Of a stretch of 64,000 bases of DNA, positions 28,300 to 42,670 are shown one piece after another (position 1 is the stretch's first letter; each line of letters starts with the position of its first letter). A program made the translations under genes and the position numbers. Source of the stretch: Chiloscyllium plagiosum (taxonomy: Eukaryota). The notes beneath the pieces are model-generated. The model did not search any database and was not told the DNA's origin. It saw only the letters and a list, made by a program, of their open reading frames with translations. The stretch is taken from positions 21,853,066-21,917,065 of the forward strand of contig NC_057718.1 of assembly GCF_004010195.1 (NCBI RefSeq), written 5' to 3'.

Positions 28300-28905
28300 G
28301 CTCTCTCTCATATGCTCACACATACACACCCACACATGCACCCTCTCAGACTTAGACTCCTTTACACTCATACCACCTCCCCCCCCCTCTCACAGACACA
28401 CGTTTGTGGGTGACTTTGTACTTGCAGAATTACATTTTATTTTGCTCAATAACTGCATGAATCCATGTAAGATTCTGTAAATCCCTTTTATAAGGATAAA
28501 ATCAGACTGAACATTGGGGCACAGGCAGCCTCACACAGGGCACCTCATACTTTCAATGCATTATCTAAGCTGACATGGCACCTATTGTTAAAGTTCACTT
28601 GAGAATGCAACTTTAAAAAAAGTTCTAGGATTTACATATGAAAGTACTGAAACCAACATGGTCATTCTAAAAGATGAAAGACTTAACAAACAATCCAGGT
28701 CTTTTTCAATATATAATTTCAATTGCATTACACTGTAGAACTTTTGCTAAAAATTCTGTGTCATATGATCTTATACTCCACAACCACCTGAAGGAGCAGT
28801 GCTCAGAAAGCTAGTGCTTCCAAATAAACCTGTTGGACTATAACCTGTTCTTGTATTATTTTTAACTGTGTGCTCTCCAGTCCAACACTGCATTTCAAAT
28901 CATTC
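28300..28905 (+). mobile_element. PLE family B 3' region
   Basis: Reverse complement of 52550-53200. Ends ...gaaagctagtgcttccaaataaacctgttggactataacc...ccagtccaacac. Confidence 0.8.
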
Positions 28906-31189
28906 TTGTCTGAGGGTAGCTTACTCTCATACTTTTCCAATGTGTTTCTGTATACATAGGAATGTTATCCAGTATTAATCACTTTTCGAAGAGTATCGCC
29001 ACTGATGTTAGGCTTATTGAATTTTATTTACTTGGTTTATCTCTTCCTTTCTTCTTGAAGGGAGTTATTCCACTGGAAACCAGTCTTTTGGGACAATTTC
29101 TAAATTAAAGAATATTTGAAAGTTTGAGATTAGAATCTTTCACTATTTCAACTCTGACATCTCTCATGAACTCATGCTAATTGGCATAGTACCTTTCCAT
29201 GGAGTTCATTTATTTTTGCAGTATTACCTCATTATTATCAGCTAACATGTAGTGTTCCACTTTTCTTCTTGTACCCCTTTATTCCAACTTTACATAATTC
29301 AGTGACGATCATCACATAGGTACTTTAATTTTTTCTAATAATACTAATCAGACTGAGATTCTTCATAGTTTTTTGCACAGTATAATTTTACTCCTGCTTG
29401 TTTAATCAAACCAATTGTTCACCATGATTAAACATTCAAATAGCAGATCAAAGAAATTCCCTTTTTATTAGAAGCTTTACATTGTGGCCTTTGAGGAATA
29501 CAAGGTTGAAGAGACAATTAGGCAAGTGTCTAACTGGGTCAAAGAGAAGAGATTAAATGACATGTTGAAGAAGTGGACTGATGAGGATGAACAACAAGGT
29601 GTTGGGCATAATGCATGTTCCTGATATAAGTTGTTACTTCTGTCTCACTAACTTCCTTTTGCAAAAATAAATTATTCCAAGTGAGATTTAATTTACAACC
29701 CATTCCGTGAAACTGGTGTTAGGGTGCTTCTACATTTAAGGTTCTCCATTTTCAACTTGATGGTTATATTTCTATCATGACTTATAGACAAATCAGACTG
29801 TATGTCTCTTCATGCTAAAAAAGAAGTGGCGATTTAAGAAAAAAATCAATTTGTTACTACAGGCATTTAAAACATGCATTTGATTCATGGATAATTTTAG
29901 TGTAGCAGCCTGTACATCTTGTTCTGTAATGGTAGGAATCTGGCAGCCTGTCAGTAGCATAGGTATTGTGATATTTTAGTCACTGCAAAATGCATTACAG
30001 CACAGGACATTTCACTTCAGAACATTTGAAGTTTGTCAGCGAGAATGCTGACAATCAACAAATGCTGACATGAGCGAGTATCAAATTGCCACCAGTTGTT
30101 AGACCTTGCATTCGACATTTGTCAAGCTTGCTGCCTCCTATTATGCCACAATCTGTTCCCATAATATTTGCGTTAAGAGTGTCAAAGTCAAAATGTTATA
30201 CTATCGAAGAAGATGTATTTGGTATAATAGAAAGTGGATTAGGCAGAAGCCACAGTAACAAAGGTAGTGGGATTTTACTAGGTGATATGATCCAGGGCTC
30301 AAATAAGATCAAATGGTGATGTTGACAGAGTTAAGTAAAAAGCAGATAAATGCCACAGAATACGCTTGGCAGGCTCTCCTTGAATCAGTGCAATTACAGT
30401 GGTGTTCCAGGATATTGCAACAATGATGAGAAATAGAAACAGTTAGTATATAACTTGGAATAGAACTTGCAGATAATGGTGTTCTAGTGACATTAGTTTC
30501 TAGATTTTTGAATCTTAGTAGTGAATATTAGAACAATAATTGTGGCTCAGTGATTATGTCTGTATCGGTGATATTCTACCATTTGATAGTTATTCAACAA
30601 ATTTATATTGTATCACATTCATGTGTTGTCACCTCCCAGGTGCCAATAGCTATATGTGCAAGGCCTAAATGGACCGGAGATTGAATGATTGATGTGACAA
30701 CTTATATGATTAGCGAAGTATGATTTCAATTTTCAGCCATAATATGCAGATATGATATCCAAGCACATCAGTTTCTCCTGGTCTCATCAGTTAAGGTGAA
30801 AAATTTCTTTTCCAACATTGCTTCTGGTAGCACTTAAAAGACTTTGGTCAATTCACACAAATCTGTGGCCTGGAACATCATCACCACCAACCTCACCCCC
30901 AAAACCGCCCCCCCGAGTAATTGGCACAAAGCAAACAAATGTTTTCTCCCCTTTCTGTGAAGTTGGAGGGAACAGGAATCTTCCTCATGATTCTAAAAAG
31001 GAAAATCTATGGCTGGCCTCAGACCATTCATTCGAGATTCTCTCCCTTACCAAGTGTCAGCCCCTGGTCCATCCTGAGGTTCATATTGGGGTTACAGCCA
31101 GCACAAATTGCTGCAGATGAACACTGCAAGCTGCTTTTCACATTGGATTGGCAGTTCCCCCAGTATGATGCTGTGCTGAATATGGATGT

Positions 31190-31312
31190 CATGATTTGGA
31201 GATGTCAGTGTTGGACTGGGGTATACAAAGTTAAAAATCACAACACCATGTTATACTCCAACCGATTTATAAACCTGCTGGACTATAACATGGTGTTGTG
31301 AGATTTTTAACT
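31190..31312. mobile_element. Short PLE family B inverted remnant
   Basis: gttaaaaatcacaacaccatgttata / tataacatggtgttgtgagatttttaac inverted pair, flanked by atatggatg on both sides. Confidence 0.75.
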
Positions 31313-31914
31313 CAATATATGGATGAGCTGGTACAGATGAGGGAATTACATTGAGGGAGGGTTTCTCCTGGCCCCACTTAGATCAAACTACCAGCTATGA
31401 TATCATTAAAGACCAATGGTTAATTACCTCAATTCCAATTACTAGTTGGAGACCTGTTCACAGTACTCATTTCTTCCATCGGTAATTCAAAATTGAAAGA
31501 AAGTTCTTTCTTTTCCTCCTTCATAGGAAGTGAATGTCACTGGTAAAGCCAGCAATTTTATTTTTCCCCAGTTGCCCTTGCAAAGGTGATCGGAACATAA
31601 TTTTTTCAGACTCTAAGTTTTTGTCTGTTCTGGTGGATGCATGAATCACTCAACAGTAGCTGCATTGTTAGGGTGGGTGCAGTAGTGCTATGCTTCTACT
31701 TCAGATCATTTGACTGCCTCTTCCAACTTGGAAAAGGGCAGCAGTTTGCAGAATGAGTGCAACGAGGTCCAGTTTCTATTCCATAGTTCTACACTTGTGT
31801 GCTTTACATTGAAGGGTGGCTGAAATGAATCTGGTATCCAGAGGGGAGGAACTACGAACATATGAATATGTATAAACTTATGCGCTCGATGATAGAGAGC
31901 TATTGCTTTGTTTT

Positions 31915-32225
31915 GATTAGATTAGATTACTTAGTGTGGAAACAGGCCCTTCGGCCCACAAATCCACACCGTCCCGCCGAAGTGCAACCCACCCATACCC
32001 CTACATTTACCCCTTACCTAACACTACGGACAATTTAGCATGTCCAATTCACCTGACCTGCACATCTTTGGACTGTGGGAGGAAACCGAAGCACCCAGAG
32101 GAAACCCACGCAGACACGGGGAGAACGTGCAAACTCCACACAGTCAGTCGCCTGAGGCGGGAAATGAACCCGGGTCTCTGGCACTGAGAGGCAGCAGTGC
32201 TAACCACTGTGCCACCGTGCTGCCC
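31915..32225 (-). mobile_element. HE1-like tRNA-derived SINE
   Basis: Head gggcagcacggtggcacagtggttagcactgctgcctc...cccgggttc, V-SINE-like core gtggagtttgcacgttctccccgtgtctgcgtgggtttcctc, CR1-like tail and (TCTAA)n end. Confidence 0.88.
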
Positions 32226-32899
32226 ACCACGGGCTGAGCTGTGTTATGGTTATTATTATTAATAAGATTTTTCTTCTTTAGCTTAGATATTAGTTATTAT
32301 TTATGTAATTAGCCGGTTTGTTTTTTACTATTAGTTTGAATTGTTTAATTTTGTAGTTGTAGTAATATTCAAAACAAAAAACTTTGAAATTAAAATATAT
32401 TTTTAAAAAATGGATAGGTGAATTAAATTTATCATTTTTGGAAACAAAATTTTTCTTAGAGTCCCAAGATTTATTTAACTTGAAGATACTACTGAGATGG
32501 TATTTAAAGAAAGTAGCTAGAAAGCCAAATGTATTATTATAGTAATATTTCTCATGGAGTAGTATGCAAACGTTTCAATCTATTAGCGAGTGGCTAGTCA
32601 GAGATCAGTTGCCACATGGGGATGTGGGAGAATGGAAGTAGGAAGGTACTGTAAACGTGTATTGGGGAAATCTGAGGTTAAACAGAACCCGACCTCTCTT
32701 TTGGGAAATATTAGCAGCTAGATATAGTAGAGGAGGTATAGTTGTGCAATGAGGTAGTGTCCCAATCATCAAGCCAGAGGCAGTGGGTTCAAGTCCCACC
32801 CCAGGTCTTCATATCAAGGAAAGTGTGTTCACAAATTGGCCAAAGAGGTTGAGTAAGGTACTTGCAATCTTTCTGACAAGGAAACTGTAGGTGATAACT

Positions 32900-34630
32900 A
32901 CAGGAGAGATTTTGGATGAAAATGTGGATAGTCTGATTAGTAAATTTGCAGATTGCCGAAAAATTGGTGAGGAAGATTGTCAAAGGATACAGCAGGAGTC
33001 TCAGCTGGACAAGTATGAGGGGGTGCATGATGGGAGATCAAATAAAAGGTATACAGTAAATGGCACAACTCTTAGGAGCATCGATATACAGGGGATTTTG
33101 GGGTGCAAGTCCATAGCTCCCTTAAATTGGCAATATAATGGATAAGATGGTGAAAACGCATACAGTATGCTTACCTTCATCAGTTAGGGCATTGAGTATA
33201 AAAGTTGGCAAGTCATGTTGCAGCTGTATAAAACTGTAGTTTGGCCTCATGTGGAGTATTGTGTGCCATTCTGGTTGCCACATTACAGAAATGTGGAGGC
33301 TTTGGAATGGGGGAGAGGAGGTTTAGCAGGCTGTTGCCTGGATTGGAGTGTATTAGCTACAAGGCAAAAGTGAGGACTGTAGACACTGGAAACCAGAGTT
33401 TAGATCAGAGTGGTGCTGGAAAAGCACAGCAGGTCAGGCAGCATCCGAGGAGCAGGAAAATCGATGTTTTGGGCAAAAGCTCTTCATCAGGAATAGAGGC
33501 AGGAAGCCTCCAGGATGAAGAGATAAATTGGGGGGAGGATGCTGGGGAAACGGTAGCAAAGAGTACAATAGGAGAATGGGGGTGGGGATGGAGGAGGTAG
33601 GTTAGAGAGGAGGGTGGACCAGATAGGTGGGAAGGGAGATTGGCAGGTAGGACAAGTCATGAGGACAGTGCTGAGCTGGAAGGTTGGAACTGAGGTAAGG
33701 TGGGGCAAGGGGAAAACGAGGAAACTGGGGAAGTGCACATTGATGCCCTGGGGTTGAAGTGTTCCAAGGTGGAAGATGAGGCATTCTTCCTTCAGGCGTT
33801 GGGTAGTGAGTGAGCGGCAGTGGAGGTGACCCAGGACCTGCATGTCCTCGGCAGAGTGGGAAGGGGAGTTGAAATGTTGGGCCACAGGGCAGTGGGGTTG
33901 ATTGGTGCAGGTGTCCCGGAGATGTTACCCGAAGCACTCTCTGAGGTGTCCAGTCTCCTCAAAGTAGAGGAGACCGCATCGGGAGCAACGGATATAATAA
34001 ATGACATTGGTGGATGTGCAGGTGAAACTTCGATGGATGTGGAAGGCTCCTTTGGGGACTCTGCTACCTTCCCCCACCCTCCTCTCTGACCTATCACTCC
34101 CATCTCCACCCTCATTCACCTACTGTACTCTTTGCTACCTTCTCCCCAGCTTTCCTCCCTCCCCCCCGCTTCCCTCCCTTCCCCACCCCCCGCTTCCCTC
34201 CCTCCCTGCACCACTCTGATCTAAACTCTGTATTAGCTATAAGGAGAGTTTGGACAAACTTAGATTATTTCGTTGGAGTGTGACCTGGTAGAAGTATATA
34301 AACTTATGAAAAGGCATGGAGTCTTTTTCCCCACAGAGTTGAAATATCAAATACTAGGCACAGATTTAAGGTGAGGAGAGGAATGTTTACAGGAGATGTG
34401 CGAGGAAAGGATTATTTTTACAAAGAGGGTTACAGGTGCCTGCAGTGAACTGCAAGGGGAGGTAGTAGAGAAGATACGTTTGCAAAGTTTAAGATTCATC
34501 TTAAGACTGACATGAACTCATAGGGAATTGTGGGATGTGGACCAAATGCAGGCAGATGGGATTAGTGTAGAATGGTCAGCACAGACATGGTAGACCAAAT
34601 GGCCAGTTCCTGTACTGTACTGTTCGAAGT
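32900..34630 (+). mobile_element. CR1 fragment split by a nested PLE (33365-34228)
   Basis: ISKFAD and EYCV.FW remnants; the sequence resumes after the duplicated target. Confidence 0.8.
33365..34228 (-). mobile_element. PLE family A with GIY-YIG remnant, inverted 5' piece and 16-bp TSD
   Basis: NVIYYIRCSRCGLLY, AQHFNSPSHS..DMQVLG. TSD TGTATTAGCTA(C/T)AAGG at 33349-33364 and 34229-34244. Confidence 0.88.
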
Positions 34631-37600
34631 TTGATGTGAACCATGTGATGGAAAGAACATTCAAGCTCTCCCATCGATCTTCAATTATCCAGATAGAAGT
34701 GAAAATTACCAGTAAACTAGGATTCCATGTGAACAGTAAAACACCAGAGAGAGTACACCATAGACTGTAAACCTGTCCTCTGAATTCTGTGCTACCTTTT
34801 CCTCTTACCCACCTTGAGCAAAAATTAATGAGTCGGATTAAAGTTGTCAACAGACAGAACCGTTCTCATTTTTGTTCCAGTGGATTGCATGAAATTTCTT
34901 AAATAAAAGTTCTGATCTTTAGAAACAAGTTTAAGGTTACTTACTTAGCTACTAACATTAAAATTTTCAATTCATTTCCATCAGTGAAATACATCATGGA
35001 CCTGGATTTTGTGGTAGTAACGATGGTGAAAGTCTAAATTTGTTTCATTGTTCCTCAAACTGAAAGCAACTTTTCAGAGTCCATATGCCTAGAGTTTAAA
35101 AAGTGGAGATCTAGAATTCGCAATCTGTGTTTCTGCCTCCCTGCAGCAAGGTGCTGTTGAGGTTCCTACATGCTGCAATCAAATCGAAATCACTGAATTG
35201 TTGAAAACTTGTCCTTTTATCAGTCTGCCATCAGCCTCACTGTGAAAATCCTTGCAAATTTGCATCTTGTTCTGAGGTATAAGTGAGGTGTTAACAGCAC
35301 ACTGAGTTCATAACTACTATGGAAAAACTTCACTGGCCCTAAAAACTAATCTTATACACAGTAGGTGTCAGTCTGTAACTTAATCTTTGAAGCCTGGAAA
35401 AATTCTCCAAAGATGACAGTTGCCTTAAACACAAGTGTAAAAGTGGTGTGGGTGGTTGGCAATGACATTTCAAAATGGCAACTGGTGCAGAAAATGGGCA
35501 TGCCTTAGTCACTGCACATCTTCACTGCAAAGTCCATATTGTCTGTTTTAGCCCTTGTGCCTAGTTATGAAATGTCAATAAATAATATATTCAGGGAGTT
35601 AAAATTTTAAGCTGATGACTACTGTATATATTATATATCATGGCTAAAAGGGAAGATTTATATACTGAGCACAGGCAAATAGATGATTTTATTTGCTGAG
35701 TCAACTTATGCACCACAATTTACATTTAATTGTTTTTAAATAATATTTTTTGGAAATTCTTTTGTTCACTCTCTAAAACTTTCAATTAAAATTGATAACA
35801 TCAGTGTATTTTACTTCCTGGTTTGTTGACTGAGAACACTTCAATGGAATTGGCTACTGGGCATTTTGATGACATCATTTTGACTGGATCTTGGAGAAAC
35901 CTTTGATCTTGTGATACAAATTATATTGGGCAAAGAGAAGTCCATATTACATGGAGATCACTTGATTTTCATGAACAGCTTTCTTTGAGGCCAAAAGTGA
36001 ATGCAGTCTCTTTGTTGCTGGTTTTGAAATCCAGACTATTGATATTTTAATCCATAATTTGTCTTGAATATTTGGATTCAGCAAAAGTGGAAACCATAAG
36101 TTGCACTTGGTTAGGCAGTCATGAGAAGCAGGCAGAAAAGAAAGAGGGCAAAATGTTGGAAAATGAAAGGACTGCTTTAAATCATTAATAAACACAGCAT
36201 AATGCTGACCATTAGGTTGGAGACTGGCAAATCATGAAGTCTTCTAGTTTACCTTCATTGTAGGAAAATGCTCAAAGAACAAGTGGAGGGGCAACAGTTA
36301 TGGTTTGCACTCAGAAATACAACAGCAAGTGTCATGTTTCTCATTGCTTTATGAGTGTTTATTCCATTTTAAGCTCTCCACTTCACTTCAAACTGTATGG
36401 CAGGGGGTTCAAAAATCTTTTGCCTGAATATTTATTAATGGAGAATTTAATTATGATTTCATCAGTGCCCACCAAGCCAAAACCCATGCAAAACACATTG
36501 TATCAGCTGAGACATTCACTCAAAAGTGTGAATATTTAATTGCGTAGGTGTTTATCTTAAATGACACTATGAATGTTAAATGGGAGAAAATAGCTGATAA
36601 AAAGCAGAGCATTGAAGATGCACAGAAATGAGATAAGCATTATTAACATCTCAACACCCTAGCTGATCTGCACTGACATGTGGCAGTTTATTTGTGAGAA
36701 TTGGAGAGGTGAATTGCAAGAAGAGAGATTTGTTGATTGACTTGGTAAGGCTTACTAAATTCCTGTGGGTTGAGGTTCAGCTCCTCTGCTGAGCAGAAAC
36801 AGGTAGTCCAACACTTAAGTTGGAAATATAACACTTGTCACCCATCACGTCATAGCTGGAAACAGACAAAAGTCTCATTAGTTCACACAGATCAACAATA
36901 TCAATAGGACCTTGACGTAAATCTAAGTTCCCAATTAATGAAGTTTGCAAGAAACATTGCCCTTCCACTGGTGACGAGCATTGAGCATTCTGCTCTCTGT
37001 GGTCTTTAAAGGCATTGTTTCAACTCATTTCAACAGAAGTTCAAAATTAAAATATGTAAAGAATTTTTTTGTGCAACCAGGAGGAATCCTCTCTAAGAAT
37101 CATTCCTCTCTCTTCCTTTAAACAGCAGCATGAGCTGATCAAAGTTTAGCACTGCATCTAATCTGTATTAAAGTGGTGAGCTGCAGACACCAATTGGTAT
37201 TGGAAGTAGCTTTCTGGTCCCATCTGTCACAATTTGTGCACTAGCATAAAGTAAGCAGAATTATACCAATACACTTTGTGGGATAGAAATTGTGGCTATC
37301 CACAAGCATACAACAGCCACAAAGTCTAATTTCAAGGATCACTGTCATGATCCAACAGACAAAGAGACATCACCATTTTGTCAGGTACCCCTGATAGCTG
37401 TTTTGCGTATCAGGGTGATTGATACAAAAATGAGAGTTTGATACCTTTTAGTTCCCTCTATGGAAAAACTGGATAATCTTGGATGAAACAAGTGTCAAGT
37501 CTGTTTGGCTGCAATTTCTTCAGTGTGGCCTACACATTTAATGCCATCAAGTACTTTTTTTTTCATTTTAAGAACAAAACCATTGTTGTGAAGATACCGG

Positions 37601-40174
37601 TTGCTAGAGATCTCCCTCATTATCAGATATTCTACAGTGGATGAGCAGTAAATGTAATATTAATATTGTGAAGACTCTTTTCAGTTCTAAACCCTAACTA
37701 TTGATTCCATCTGCCTACTGACAACAGTCTGAGAGTAAGCTTGTTGGTTTGTAAACTTGGTGTGACTTTTGATCCCAAGATAACTTTCTGACCTCATACT
37801 CTTGCCATTGCTAAGATTGCGTCTGTATTTCTACCTCTGTTACAAGCTTGACTTCACCAATGTCAGTTTGTCATGCTGTTGCCTGTAGACTTGATTATTC
37901 CAATGCATTGTGGGCTGACCTCCCACATTCTACTTGTTACAAACATCAGGCCTTCCAAAACTCTACTACTTGTGTCTTAACTTTCAGCAAGTAATATTCC
38001 ATGTCACCCTATGTTCACAACACAGCAATACTGAAATTCCTTTCCTTATTTTTAAACTCCCTCAAGGCCTTGACCTACCTTTTCTTTAATCTCCACAACC
38101 AAGAACCCTAAGATCTCTCCACTGCTCTAAGTTTGGCCTCTTGTACAGTCCTGATTACAATTGCTCCAATTGGTTCAGTAGCTGAGGCCTCGAGCTCGAG
38201 AACTCCCTCTTATACCTCCAACCCTCTCTACATTGCTTTCCTCCTTTAAGGTGCATCTTAAAACCTACCTCGATGACCAAGCTTTTGGTCATTTCCTTTG
38301 TATTCTGTCATATTTTTTGTTTCATAATGCTCCCACAAAACACCAGGAGATATTTTGTTACATTTTAAAAGTTCCTAAAAATCAGTTGCAGATTCTTAGA
38401 CATCTTGATTTCACTCATCTTCCAGGTGCCAGTGAGGGAAATGATTTGAGGTTCATTTTCATGGAGCTGTGGCAGTTCCTTTATTAATATGAAATGCATA
38501 TTCTTAGCTGGGATGTATACTTTGTACATGGAGCTCCATGTACAAAGAACAGTCCAAGTGTAACTGAACCTCATAATATCTGGTCTACTTTTAACATTGA
38601 TAACTGAGGGGCAATTAAATAGAGGTTTATTTACTAGCTATTATAAAATCATAACAATAGATAATCACAAGCACCCCAGGAGTTTTCCAATCAAGTTCAG
38701 CTATAATTTATAACACCAGCAGAATAAACAGAATAGGAATACACTTCAGTAATCAAGAAAGTGAATAACAAGACAATATCCTGTCAACCTGGAAGCTTCT
38801 TCCATATCACTCCTCTGAGCACAGCTGCGCTATTGTAGTAACTGCAGTAATTATCTATTTATGACCAATTCATTTATTTACTTAGTTCAGGTTTAAAAAA
38901 GCTTTAGTTTAATGCGACTAAGAATAAATATCCCATTAAAAAGACATATCTGGCAGCTGTTTCAGTTCTAAACATCCAATGGTACCATTTCAAAGGTGCA
39001 CTGGGGTCACAATGTTTTTTTTAAAAGCAAAACTAATTCTAAACAAACAGAGCAAACATTTCTGTATCATTATTTGTTTAATTACAAGGAACAGTGGGAT
39101 CTAATACTAATATGCTCAATGGTACTAAAGTCCAATTGCTACACATGTCCATAAGTTACAAAATTAAAAAGGATTTTAGTTATTACTATGTTCCAATATT
39201 TAGTTGCACAGATATTTGAGAAATTACAGATGGAGATGAGCAAATTACTTGGAAATAATCAGGGACAGTACGTAGCACATTACAGACAAGTTAAGTTGGA
39301 CAAATTTGATATAATTATTGATTGTTCAGGTAAAGGAAAGGATTTCATATGTTGATATCGATTACAAAAGCAAAATGAAATAATTATTTTATGTGGTCCA
39401 ACAGCTACTTTACAGATAGAATACTGTATACGGTTTTGGATGTCCTATTGTGTGAAGGTCATTAAATCCGCATCAACAGTAAACACGAAATTTGCCAGAA
39501 TAATACAAGTGATGGACAATTGCCACTAAAGCAGAGAAGATTACATAGGGATGCAATAATGGTTTCTCTGGAATTATGAAGGATTTTGATAGTGGATAAA
39601 ACAGAAGATGGAAGTCTTGTAGTGCAGCAGTAATGGTACCTCTGGGTCAGAAGGTAGGTGTTCAAGTCCCACCTGCCTCAGAAGTGTATCATAAAATAAT
39701 TATAAATGGAAGGCAATTCTTCTGGCTGTCTGATATAATTGCTGTTGTAGTTGAAGTGAGCAACCATCATTATAGGTAAAGATAATGTGGAGAGAATAGA
39801 GCTATACGATTAAGTTTAGATTGCTCCAGAATCAGACCAAATGCTTTCTTTGGTGCTGGAACATTTAGGGTTCTAGGTAACTTAAAGGAGATACCATCAA
39901 CATTACAGAGAAGAACTCTGCATTTCAGGTTACAAATGTATTACTTAATTGCCATGTGAATCTTTGATAGTGACTGTTAGTGTAAATTGAATCAAGAAAG
40001 AATCCATTTAAACATTGCTAAAAAGAGGCAAGGTAAAATTTTTCATCTTGTACTAATTAAGACTGGGATGCAAGAAATCAAATTTAAGTTGGTATAAATC
40101 AGTGTTATCTCTTTTTACCATGTAAAAATGTTGAACAAAAGCAAAAAATAAATATAAATATTAATTGCAACAGC

Positions 40175-40600
40175 CATCACCTAGTTGGTGAGTGCACTAA
40201 CATCTGAATCAAGTTTCAGAGTTCAAGTCCCATTCAGTGCTGCAGCACTAAAATCAAAGCTGACACTGCAATGTAACACGGAGGTGTATTGCAGTACTGG
40301 GGGTGTTGTCTTTCATATGAGGTGTTAAGTTGAGGACCTCTCTTCCTGTCTATTAAAGATCTGATTGCACTATTTCCAGGAAAAGCAGGTCCTGGTCAAT
40401 GTTTATACTTCAGTCAATAGCACAAAAACTAGACTGTGTGGTCGTTATCTCACTATTGACTTTGGAAGGTTGCAGTGACCAATTAGCTGCTGTTTTTCCT
40501 ACACTACAACAATGACTACATTACAACGAATGAGGTACTTTTGGTAAGTGCTTTCTAATTCTTATCACAAGGGATGAAATATCAATGCAGTCTTTCTTCC
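40175..40600 (+). mobile_element. Deu-domain SINE (SacSINE1/AmnSINE-like), degenerate
   Basis: tRNA-like head (gttcaagtccc), then ggtgttgtctttcatatgaggtgttaagttgaggacc...taaagatc..gcactattt, resembling the Deu core as recalled; tttcctacactacaaca..gactaca tail. Confidence 0.65.
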
Positions 40601-40916
40601 CTTTTTATTCTGAAACCAAAATAAAGTACTAAAATGATTGGAATGCACTTTGGGGACAATAAATAATTATAAATGAAGAAGGAACTCAGCAGGTATACAG
40701 ATTTGGATGAGAGAGATCATAGAAACATTTACTGACTAGTCAAACTCCATGCCCTATCCAGCCCTTTATAGTGATAGCTTTTTATTCTATTACATTGTTC
40801 TGTCTGACAAATTTGTACGCTATTAAATGACACAATTCAGACTGTTCACACCAAATCAATACTCAGCATGGTATTTAAAATTTGCATTCCCAAACAGTGA
40901 AGTTCCAGCACTAATC

Positions 40917-41138
40917 ATTAGATTAGATTAGATTTCCTACAGTGTGGAAACAGGCCCCTCAGCCCAACCAGTCCACACCGCACATCTTTGCACTGTGGGA
41001 GGAAACTGGAGCACCAGGAGGAAATCCATGCAGACATGAGGAGAATATGAAAACTCTACACAGTCGCCAGAGACTGGAATCAAACTGGGACCCTGGCGCT
41101 GTGAGGCAGCAGTGCTAACCACCATGATACATCCTGCC
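40917..41138 (-). mobile_element. HE1-like SINE, internally deleted
   Basis: Similar to 31915-32225, including the (attag)n end. Confidence 0.8.
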
Positions 41139-42179
41139 AATCTGAAAAAGACAAATTGACATCTTCTGTTCGCTTTCTCTTAGAGATCCAATCTTCTATC
41201 CATTCCAGTGAGCTACCCCTACACCATGAGGATTATTTTTCTGCAACTTTAATGTGGCACTTGATCAAATGCCACCTAGAAATCTAAATGCTGCACATCT
41301 ACTGGTTTCCCTTTATCTATGGTACATTATTTCCTGAAAGAACACCAATAGATCAGTCAAATAAGAATACCTTTTCACAAAACCATGTTGACTCTGATTA
41401 TGTTGAACCTTTCTATAAAGATTTTACCATTTTCCATTTGACAGACATTAAACTAACGCACCTATGGTTTCCTGCTTTCTGCCTCCCTTCCTTTTAAAAT
41501 CAAGCAATTACATTCACTATCTATCAATCTGAAGGGATTGTCCAGAATCAAGAGAATTTTGGAAAATTAAAACCGATGATAAATATGTAATTAGCTACAC
41601 TTTTTAAGGCTGAAGCCATCAGGACCTAGTCCACTTGAGTCAAGAAAACGTGAAATTATATGACAAACTTCGATGAAAATGGAGGTACTTTTCATAAGAA
41701 AAATTCCAGATTGCTAAAGGGTACTGCCCCATCCATACTGCATATGTTTTTGCCTGGGCAATGTCAACTTGTCTTTTTAAAGCAAGCATTATCATTGTTC
41801 CTAAAATTATCAGACAAGTCTGGTTATTAAATGTCAAGGTTGTGCATAGATACAAGAGACAGTCTGCCAACAATTGCACTTCGAGGAAACCAGTAGCACA
41901 TTCCATTGCCCAGTTGTAAAGCAGTGATTACATTATGCAGTCATCCACATTACAAAGTTATAGGTACATGTACAATCAGCATTCTAGTTTGTGTTACTTA
42001 AAGTTTTGAAGCACAGGCTTTAAATTCTATATTGGGAATACACAATTTGGCAATATTTTCATCCTGTTATTCCTAAAATATAGAATCAGTTCCAATTTCA
42101 GAAGCCCATAACATTAGAACCATTGACAAAATGTATATTCTCATACAAGACAAGAAATGTAGGCTTATACAATGAGATG

Positions 42180-42670
42180 GCATAAGACATAAGGGTCATT
42201 CAGCTCAAGTCGATTCTGCCATTTGATGATCTGATAATCCTCAACTCCACTTTCACGCCTTTTCCCCATAACTCTATTTCTTTACTGGTTATACATAGTC
42301 TATCTCAGCCTTGAAAATTCTTAAAACTCCTCTTCAATAAAGATATCCATAGATTCACAACCCTCTGAGAAGTTCCTCCTCATCTGTGTCTTAAATGGGT
42401 GACTCATTATTCTGAAACTGCTCTTGGTCCCAGACAAGGGGAAAAAAACAACTACCTTGTCAAATTCCCTCAGAATCTTTGATGTTTCAAAAAGGTCATC
42501 TCTCATTCTTCTAAACTCCAATGAGTACAGGCCTAACCTATTCAACCTCTTCTCATTTCACAGTTCCTCCAAACCTGGAATCAACCTGAAGCTTCTCCAA
42601 ACTGCTTCCAATGACCGTATATCTTTTGTTAGATAGAGGGACTAAAACTATTCACAGTATTCCAGCTTTT
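42180..42670 (-). mobile_element. CR1 3' fragment
   Basis: LNRLGLYSLEFRRMRDDLFE-type C-terminus and ttatgtcttatg tail. Confidence 0.8.

Noticed and set aside
32735..32810. tRNA-like sequence (also ~39615-39680 and the HE1 heads)
   Set aside because: Only A/B-box-like SINE heads; no complete cloverleaf.
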